Shown here one piece after another: positions 7,208-13,784 of a stretch of DNA of 32,000 bases. The notes under the pieces are model-generated. The model had not been told where the DNA came from and made no database searches. It saw nothing but the letters and a program-made list of their open reading frames with translations. Source of the stretch: Casimicrobium huifangae (GTDB taxonomy: Bacteria; Pseudomonadota; Gammaproteobacteria; Burkholderiales; Casimicrobiaceae); NCBI RefSeq assembly GCF_009746125.1, contig NZ_CP041352.1:367847-399846 (forward strand), read 5' to 3'. Numbering within the stretch: the first letter of the stretch is position 1; each line of letters begins with the position of its first letter. Made by a program: the position numbers and the translations under genes.

Positions 7208-9444
7208 AAGCGCTGGCGCGTCGCCTGCTGTGTGCGCTGCTGATGGTGGCGCAGTGTGCGCTGCCGGTCTGGGCAGCGCCGCTGTATGACACCGCCAGCA
7301 CGGATGAATCGCGCCTCGCACTGGTGATTGGCAACTCGGCGTATCTCGTCGATCCGCTCGACAACCCGGTCAATGACGCCAATGCCGTCGCACGGTCGCT
7401 GGAGCGCCTTGGCTTTGAGGTGATGCTCGCCATCAACCTGCCGGGGGCCGAGCTCAAGCGGCGGGTGCGCACCTTTCAGGCGCGGGCTCGGGCCGAACGC
7501 GGCACCGCGCTGGTCTACTACGCCGGGCACGCCGTGGCGCCGGCCGGCCGCAACATCCTTTTGCCGGTGGACATCAACTTTCGTGATGTGCTTGAAGTGG
7601 AGGACGAGGGCATTGATGTAGCGAAGATGCTCGCCATCCTTGAGGACTCGAAGAAGCACACCCGCATCATGATCTTCGATGCTTGCCGCGACAACCCGTA
7701 CGGCCAAGTTGGCGAGGCGCTCATCCGTACCACGGCGCGCGCTCGTGGCATCAGCAGTGGCGGCGCCCGAGCCAACGCGTCCGACGCCACTGGCGGGCTT
7801 GCCGCGATGGCCGGCAAGGGCACGCTGGTGGCCTATTCCACCGCGCCCGGCGCCGTGGCCGAGGACGGCGAAGGCCGCAGCAACAGTGTGTTCACCGCCG
7901 AGCTGGTTGATGCGCTGGCGCAGCCGGGCCTCACCGCGCAGCAGGTGTTCAGCCGCGTGGCCGAACGGGTGCGCAAGGAGACCCGCGGCCAGCAGGTGCC
8001 GTGGATCAGCGGCGCACTTGACCGCAGCTTCGTGTTCAGTGCCGCCCGCGTGGAGCCCGCGTCGCTGGTGGTGCCGGGCGAGCGTCGTGAGCAGACCGAA
8101 GCGCAACTGCGCACCGAGATGAGCCGCCTGAAGCGTTTGCAGCAGAACGAGAAGGCCGCTGCGCAACAGGTGGCCGTGACCCTGCTGGAGCGCGAGCGCG
8201 TCGCCACCGAGCTGGACGAAGCTGCCCAGCGGCTCAAGCTGGCTGCGCAGGCTGAAGCAAAGGCGCTGGCTGACGCCGCGCGGGCGCAGGCAGAGGCCGC
8301 GCAGCGGGCAGCGGCGGAGGCGCGAGAGACCGCCCGCCGACAGGCCGCGGAGGAGCAGGCGCGGCTGGATCGTCTGGCGCAGGCCGCGCGCGAAGCGGAA
8401 GCCCGTGAACAGGCGGCGCGGCAGGCATTGGCCGCACAGCGCGAGCGCGACCTCGCCGAACGCCGGCAGGCCGAGCAGGCGCGCCTCGCCCTGCTCGCCG
8501 AAGCGTCGCGTCCCGAAGGCGTCGCCGCATTGCCGGCAGCGCCGATCGCTGTGCGCCGCGACGCCGACGGCAACCTGTTGGTGCGCGGTGTCCGTCTGCC
8601 GGCGGACCTGCGTGTACGCGATTTGACCGCCGGGGTGCCGGCGGCCTGCGCCGCGTTCTACGGCGCCTGGGGCCGCGCCCGCTGGGAGGGCCAGCGCAGT
8701 GCCGAGGTATGGGTGGAGAACGTCACCCCCGCCTGTGACGCCACCGTGGTGTATGCGCGCGGCGGCGACAGCGTGGACCGCGACGAGCCCGCGTTCGAGC
8801 GCCACACGGTGCGCGTGCAGCGCGACGAGCTGCGCCTGCGGCTGCGCGGTGGCGCCGAGCTCACCCTGCGCGCCACTGCGGACCGTACGCTGACGGCCAC
8901 CTGGTCGCGCGGCAGCGTGGTGGCCAATGTGGAGTTTGAGCGCATCGCCAGCGACCCGCTGGCCAGTCAGGCGTTCGCTCTGGAAGATCGCGACGACGGC
9001 GTGCGTCCGCCATCGGTCATCACCGCCCGCAACTACAGCCGCCGCCTGCCGGTGGCGGCACCGGGCGCAGCCACCATCAGCACCGCGCAATTGCTGCGCA
9101 TGCTCGGTGAGGCGCAGCCACCACGCCTGATCGACGCCCGCGCCGGCGCCGCCAAACCGCGCATCAATGGCGCCGTCTGGTTACCGGAGCTCGGTGCGGA
9201 GCAGCGACTGGGTGCGGTGGAGCGGGGGGCCATCGAGGCCACGCTCAGCAAGCTGGCCGGCAGCGACCGCAGCGTGCCGATGGTGGTGTTTGACCGCAGC
9301 GTTGACTGGGGCTGGATCGGCTATCACGCCGTGCTGCGCCTGCGCGAGATGGGCTACAGCAATCTCTACTGGTATCGCGGCGGCTCGGACGCGTGGCACG
9401 ACGCCGGCTTGCCGCTGGTGGCGGCGACCAGTCCGGCGCGCTGA
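7204..9444 (+). CDS. Secreted caspase-family (peptidase C14) protein with central Ala/Glu/Arg/Gln coiled coil and C-terminal rhodanese-homology domain
   Basis: The GTG start overlaps the upstream TGA (GTGA at 7204-7207). Signal peptide: LLCALLMVAQCALPVWA|AP. Caspase fold: LALVIGNSAYL..NPVNDANAVARSL..GFEV, catalytic His in YYAGHAV (codon 7528-7530), catalytic Cys in IFDACRDNP (codon 7684-7686). Coiled coil at about 8090-8500. Rhodanese-like end: LIDAR...VVFDRSVDWGWIGYHAVLRLREMGYSNLYWYRGGSDAWHDAGLP. Confidence 0.85.
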   Translation: MKALARRLLCALLMVAQCALPVWAAPLYDTASTDESRLALVIGNSAYLVDPLDNPVNDANAVARSLERLGFEVMLAINLPGAELKRRVRTFQARARAERGTALVYYAGHAVAPAGRNILLPVDINFRDVLEVEDEGIDVAKMLAILEDSKKHTRIMIFDACRDNPYGQVGEALIRTTARARGISSGGARANASDATGGLAAMAGKGTLVAYSTAPGAVAEDGEGRSNSVFTAELVDALAQPGLTAQQVFSRVAERVRKETRGQQVPWISGALDRSFVFSAARVEPASLVVPGERREQTEAQLRTEMSRLKRLQQNEKAAAQQVAVTLLERERVATELDEAAQRLKLAAQAEAKALADAARAQAEAAQRAAAEARETARRQAAEEQARLDRLAQAAREAEAREQAARQALAAQRERDLAERRQAEQARLALLAEASRPEGVAALPAAPIAVRRDADGNLLVRGVRLPADLRVRDLTAGVPAACAAFYGAWGRARWEGQRSAEVWVENVTPACDATVVYARGGDSVDRDEPAFERHTVRVQRDELRLRLRGGAELTLRATADRTLTATWSRGSVVANVEFERIASDPLASQAFALEDRDDGVRPPSVITARNYSRRLPVAAPGAATISTAQLLRMLGEAQPPRLIDARAGAAKPRINGAVWLPELGAEQRLGAVERGAIEATLSKLAGSDRSVPMVVFDRSVDWGWIGYHAVLRLREMGYSNLYWYRGGSDAWHDAGLPLVAATSPAR

Positions 9445-9619
9445 TGACGGAAGGCACGCTGAGGCTCGCTACGGTGCTGCCAGTGACTAGCATCTTTTGC
9501 GTGAAACCCGCATTGCAATTGGGCTAAGAGCCTGAAAACTCAATAAGTCGATTATTGGCCGTTTATGCGGTTAAGCCCAATGCCAATAAGGGTCTGCGAC
9601 AAAAGCTGAAGCACCAACG

Positions 9620-10585
9620 CTACGGCTGCGCGGTCGGCGGCGTTGCCACTGGATGGTCCAGATCCGGCCGCTTCCACGGGTCCACATGGGTCATCAGGTT
9701 CAGCACGCGGTGCCGCTGCATCACCCGGCGGCGCGCCTCCACGGCGATGTCGTGCCCCGCCTCCACGGTGAGCTGCGCGTCCACCTCGATGTGCGCGTCG
9801 GCCACGATCATGTCACCCATCTTGCGGGTGCGGATGTCGTGCACCGCCTTCACGCCCGGCGTGTCGGCAATGGTGCTGCGGATCGCCGCCGTCTCGGCCT
9901 CGTCCACCGCGCGGTCCATCAGGTCGTGCAGCGCGTCCCAGCCAAAGCCCCAGCCCATCTTCGCCACCATGAAGCCCACGATCAGCGCCGCAATCGGGTC
10001 GAGGATTGGGTAGCCGAGCAGGTTGCCCACGATGCCCACGCTCACCACCAGCGACGATGCCGCGTCCGAGCGCGCATGCCACGCGTTCGCCACCAGCATG
10101 CTCGATTTCACCCGCTTCGCCACCTTGAGCATGTAGCGGAACAAAAGCTCCTTCGCCACCAGCGCGCCCAGCGCCACCCACAGCGCCACCACATGCACCT
10201 GCGGGATCGCCTCCGGGTTCTCCAGCTTCACCGCCGCCGACCACAGCATGCCCGCACCCACCGCCAGCAGGATCACCCCCAGCGCCAGCGATGCCGCGGT
10301 CTCAAAGCGCTGGTGCCCGTACGGATGGTCCTCATCGGCATCCTTCTGGCTGTGCCGGCTGGCCAGCAGCACCACAAAATCCGACACCAGATCCGACAGC
10401 GAGTGAATGCCATCCGCAATCAACCCCTGCGACTTCGACAATACCCCCACCACAATCTGCGCGGTGGAGAGCAGCACATTCACCACCACACTCACCCAGG
10501 TGGAGCGCGAAGCCGCCGCCGAACGCTCGGCAGGCGAAATGGGGGAATCGTCGTCGGATTCGGTGTTGATTGTGGGGATGGGCAT
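9620..10585 (-). CDS. Cation diffusion facilitator (CDF) family metal efflux transporter
   Basis: 321 aa with six predicted TM segments. CDF signature regions: LLSTAQIVVGVLSKSQGLIADGIHSLSDLVSDF, ANAWHARSDAASSL. C-terminal cytoplasmic domain: VHDIRTRKMGDMIVADAHIEVD. Confidence 0.85.
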   Translation of the reverse strand: MPIPTINTESDDDSPISPAERSAAASRSTWVSVVVNVLLSTAQIVVGVLSKSQGLIADGIHSLSDLVSDFVVLLASRHSQKDADEDHPYGHQRFETAASLALGVILLAVGAGMLWSAAVKLENPEAIPQVHVVALWVALGALVAKELLFRYMLKVAKRVKSSMLVANAWHARSDAASSLVVSVGIVGNLLGYPILDPIAALIVGFMVAKMGWGFGWDALHDLMDRAVDEAETAAIRSTIADTPGVKAVHDIRTRKMGDMIVADAHIEVDAQLTVEAGHDIAVEARRRVMQRHRVLNLMTHVDPWKRPDLDHPVATPPTAQP

Positions 10586-10630
10586 GGCGTGCGACGAGGG
10601 TTTGACTTATCCGAAGATACGGTGACGACC

Positions 10631-10855
10631 TTACCGGAAGATTAGCGGCGGGGTGCTCCGCCCGACGTGCTGCAAGACTGCCACCACCTGCTGCCGCTTA
10701 ACGCCTGGAAACCAGTTCACAAACTCGTCAATCGTGGCACCTGCTTCGAGGTTTTCAAACAACGCAGTCACTGGCACTCGCGTGCCAGCAAACACCCACG
10801 CGCCGCTCATTTTCTGCGGGTCTTGCTCGACGGCGTTGCAGTCGTTCCAATGCAT
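10631..10855 (-). CDS. DUF433 domain protein (antitoxin-like, orphan)
   Basis: 74 aa. DPQKMSGAWVFAGTRVPVTALFENLEAGATIDEFVNWFPGV is the typical DUF433 core. No partner toxin ORF is adjacent. Confidence 0.7.
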   Translation of the reverse strand: MHWNDCNAVEQDPQKMSGAWVFAGTRVPVTALFENLEAGATIDEFVNWFPGVKRQQVVAVLQHVGRSTPPLIFR

Positions 10856-11068
10856 TGAAAATCTCCGTGATGCGTCACGGTTGTGACCTTGCTGTGCGAT
10901 CTTGCGTAATTCCTGAATACGGTCGCATCGGGTACGGGAGCGGGGCGATCAATCTGGTGCAGTTACCTTCTGGCTTTTGATTGTCTGGTTAGGACCCTGT
11001 CGCAGTTTGCACGATGCGTGAACCTGGTAAAGTGCGAGATTGAACCGTCCCACCGAGGAGCCCCGAAA

Positions 11069-11365
11069 ATGATGTCACGCATCCCAAACCTGCTGGACAC
11101 AAGTGCAGCGTCTGTGCGCTCATGGTTTCAATCATTGCACGACAAGGGACTACTGTACTGTCTCGATGACGATCCGGTATCTCTGGTTCGCATTGACAAC
11201 AATGAAAGGCTGTTCTCCGACGCGGCAGCGCTCGAAGTCAGCGTGACAACCAGCCGCATACTGGATTCACTCGGAGACCGGGCGCACGACATTGCCCTGG
11301 ATGTGCTTCGCCGCACTTTTCTCACCCCTCAAGAATATTCGCTCGCGAACATCGCGCGTGGTTGA
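11069..11365 (+). CDS. Hypothetical protein, first gene of the vsr-dcm operon
   Basis: Track ORF 11018..11365. ATG 11069 is preferred (GAGGAG 9 nt upstream). 98 aa with no recognisable motif. The stop overlaps the vsr GTG start by 8 nt. Confidence 0.45.
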   Translation: MMSRIPNLLDTSAASVRSWFQSLHDKGLLYCLDDDPVSLVRIDNNERLFSDAAALEVSVTTSRILDSLGDRAHDIALDVLRRTFLTPQEYSLANIARG

Positions 11366-11849
11366 TGTTGTCGACGCGGCTACGCGAAGCCGCATGATGG
11401 CAGGGATCAAGTCGCGCGACACAAAGCCCGAAGTGCTGGTTCGCCACGGCTTGCACGCGCGTGGCTTCCGGTATCGGTTGCAGTCGGGCGATCTGCCCGG
11501 CAAGCCTGATGTTGTCTTGCCGAAGTGGCGCACCGTTGTATTCGTGCACGGTTGCTTTTGGCATTGGCACGGGTGCGCATTGTCAAAACTACCGGGCAAC
11601 AATGCGGCTTTCTGGCTTAAGAAGCTTGACACCAATCGACATCGCGACGACTACGTGAAGCGTCAGCTTCTTGCCGAAGGTTGGCGCGTTGCGGTCGTGT
11701 GGGAATGCGCTACGCGTGGCGCGCGTGCAGCCGTTGCAGTACCCCGCGTACTCGACCAGCTCGCGCAGTGGATCCGCGCATCAGGTCGATCGAGGTTTTT
11801 CGAAATAGGCAACGCCACTGTTGCCCGGATGGAGACATCGCCGCGATGA
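11358..11849 (+). CDS. vsr: Very short patch repair endonuclease Vsr
   Basis: VVDVVDAATRSRMMAGIKSRDTKPE..LPGKPDVVLPKWRTVVFVHGCFWHWHGC...FWLKKLDTNRHRDDYVKRQLLAEGWRVAVVWECA aligns along its length with E. coli Vsr (MADVHDKATRSKNMRAI...FTHGCFWHHHHC...VWEC). The start is set at in-frame GTG 11358 by that alignment. Confidence 0.9.
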   Translation: MVDVVDAATRSRMMAGIKSRDTKPEVLVRHGLHARGFRYRLQSGDLPGKPDVVLPKWRTVVFVHGCFWHWHGCALSKLPGNNAAFWLKKLDTNRHRDDYVKRQLLAEGWRVAVVWECATRGARAAVAVPRVLDQLAQWIRASGRSRFFEIGNATVARMETSPR

Positions 11850-13414
11850 CGATTGATGTCATTGACCTGTTTGCAGGTCCGGGTGGTCTTGGCGAGGGGT
11901 TCGCTTCACTTGATGAGGGGCGCAGATTCAAGATTGCCGTCTCCGTTGAGATGGAGGCCAGCGCACATCAGACGTTGATGCTGAGAAGCTTCTACCGTCA
12001 TTCGCAAGGGGATCAGCGTGCACTTCAGGCGTACTACAACTATTGCAACCGCAGCGATGCTCCGCACCCTCGCGAGCTTCATCCAGCGCTCTGGCGTCAT
12101 GTCGAAGATGAAGCTCGTCAACTGACGCTCGGTGTAGAGCGGGACAACAACGTTCTGCGCCGGATTCTGGACGAGCGAAAACTTGATCCTGACAGAACGA
12201 TAGTGATTGGCGGACCACCTTGCCAGGCGTATTCGCTGGTTGGCCGTTCAAAGAATCAGGGCACCGCGGGTTATGTGGCCGAGGATGACCATCGCCATTT
12301 CCTCTACCGCGAATACCTGAAAATCCTGAATCACACACAGCCTGCCGCGTTCATCATGGAAAACGTGAAAGGCATACTGTCGTCAAAGGTCGGCGGGCGA
12401 CGAGTTTTTCACGACATCCTGCGCGACCTGTGTCACCCGGGGAGGGCTCTACGCCGTCCCATCGACGAACAGGGAAATGGCTATCGCATTTGTTCGCTGG
12501 TTTCACCCACGTTCTACGCGGAAGGTATGGACCCGTCCGCTATCAATGCCAGCGACTTTGTTATCAAGGCGGAAGAATATGGCGTGCCACAAGCTCGCCA
12601 CAGGGTAATTCTTCTTGGTATTCGCAACGACCTGGCGCACAAGGCGATCGACCTGTTGCGCACGCGTCCCCGAGTCTCGGTGCGCTCTGCGATCGCCTCG
12701 CTGCCGCCGCTGCGAAGCAGATTGAGCTCAGGTGATGATGCTGCAACGTGGAGTAGAACAGTCAAAGGCTTGGTGCTGGATCAGGCGAAAGATGCGGCGA
12801 GAAAGGGATTGGACGACCTGAGCAAGCACCTGACGGCCTGCCTTCATGGGATAAATGGCGGCTTGCCAACCGGCGCTCTACGTGTTGCATCGTATGTTCC
12901 GCCCGTTGCGCAGGACGACGTTGACAAATGGTCTTGTGACAGCCAGCTATCTGTCTGGTTGAACCATGAAGCGCGTTCGCACATGAAGTCGGATTTGGGG
13001 CGATATTTCTTTGCAGCCGCCTTCGGCGAGAAGTTTGGGAGATCACCGAAAGGTCACACAGACTTTTGTCTTGAGGGCCTGTCGCCCAACCACGCGAATT
13101 GGACGACCGGAAAGTTCGAGGACCGCTTCCGGGTGCAGTTGTACGACCTGCCTGCGACAACAGTTACCAGCCACATTGCCAAGGACGGGCACTACTTCAT
13201 TCATCCCGACCCGACGCAGTGCCGTAGTCTCACGGTTCGCGAGGCGGCCCGCCTGCAGACGTTTCCGGACAACTACTTTTTTCAGGGTAATCGGACACAG
13301 CAGTACCACCAAGTTGGCAATGCTGTGCCGCCTTTGCTTGCTCTCGGCATCGCGACGACGGCAGCCCGATTTCTAGCAAATCGCACTGCGGCTGGACGTG
13401 GGTATGTGGCCTGA
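11846..13414 (+). CDS. dcm: DNA (cytosine-5)-methyltransferase
   Basis: ATG 11846 overlaps the vsr TGA (ATGA). C5-MTase motifs: I VIDLFAGPGGLGEGF, IV GGPPCQAYS, VI FIMENVKG, VIII YGVPQARHRVILLG, IX REAARLQTFPDNYFF, X QVGNAVPPLLA. A long variable region lies between VIII and IX. The track ORF start at 11681 is an upstream extension inside vsr. Confidence 0.92.
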   Translation: MTIDVIDLFAGPGGLGEGFASLDEGRRFKIAVSVEMEASAHQTLMLRSFYRHSQGDQRALQAYYNYCNRSDAPHPRELHPALWRHVEDEARQLTLGVERDNNVLRRILDERKLDPDRTIVIGGPPCQAYSLVGRSKNQGTAGYVAEDDHRHFLYREYLKILNHTQPAAFIMENVKGILSSKVGGRRVFHDILRDLCHPGRALRRPIDEQGNGYRICSLVSPTFYAEGMDPSAINASDFVIKAEEYGVPQARHRVILLGIRNDLAHKAIDLLRTRPRVSVRSAIASLPPLRSRLSSGDDAATWSRTVKGLVLDQAKDAARKGLDDLSKHLTACLHGINGGLPTGALRVASYVPPVAQDDVDKWSCDSQLSVWLNHEARSHMKSDLGRYFFAAAFGEKFGRSPKGHTDFCLEGLSPNHANWTTGKFEDRFRVQLYDLPATTVTSHIAKDGHYFIHPDPTQCRSLTVREAARLQTFPDNYFFQGNRTQQYHQVGNAVPPLLALGIATTAARFLANRTAAGRGYVA

Positions 13415-13784
13415 AACTGAGAACGGCTCAAGTCTGAGGTTGCCACATGGTCAAGATATTGAAGTTGCTGCTGCTTTCTTCCACGTTCCTCTTGACTGCG
13501 AACCACAGCAAGATGGATTGCAAAAACTGATGACGCGGGTTGTGCTTGGCAGTTTGCCGATAGGGGGCGCGCACCACAGCCCTTAACCGAGTCCCGCGCT
13601 ACGCCCCGCGTACAAAACTGTAGGAATCAAGCCAGCGCTAGGGTCAGGTAGGCTAGCCAAACTTCTCGAGTGCGCAACCGCCCGAAACCACATCGATCTG
13701 ACTCTAAAAACCTCGACAGGATTCCCTGAAGATTCACGCGTACTAGTTGTAGAGCGGATGCGGAACAATGTCTGTGCACGAAAA

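Noticed and set aside
8190-8500. Repetitive gcgcaggc/gccgcg-rich DNA that might be a tandem DNA repeat
   Set aside because: There is no fixed period at the nucleotide level. It reflects codon repetition for an Ala/Glu/Arg/Gln coiled coil inside the caspase-family CDS.
7105-9090. Very long antisense or alternate-frame ORFs (e.g. 7105..9090-, 5219..6214-, 9653..10645+, 28837..29910+, 20429..21250-, 20721..21860-, 23178..24116-, 24671..25606-, 1287..2123-, 31036..31884-)
   Set aside because: These are typical high-GC shadow ORFs. Their translations are Arg/Ala/Gly/Pro-rich low-complexity with no motifs. Each fully overlaps a gene with clear family signatures on the other strand or frame.
9515-9589. 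Imperfect inverted repeat (ATTGGGCT 9518-9525 / AGCCCAAT 9574-9581) and duplicated CAATAAG in the caspase/CDF convergent gap
   Set aside because: Only 8 bp pair perfectly and the extension needs a bulge. There is no T-run and no similarity to a known element that I can recall. It may be a weak bidirectional terminator or chance.
11681-11845. Upstream extensions of track ORFs (dcm from 11681, drmB-like from 24011, RCC1 from TTG 3374, hpaG1 from 30191, MerR to 1249)
   Set aside because: The extensions overlap the preceding gene or lie upstream of conserved N-termini. Internal ATG/GTG starts give canonical 1-, 4- or 8-nt coupling overlaps or good RBS spacing.
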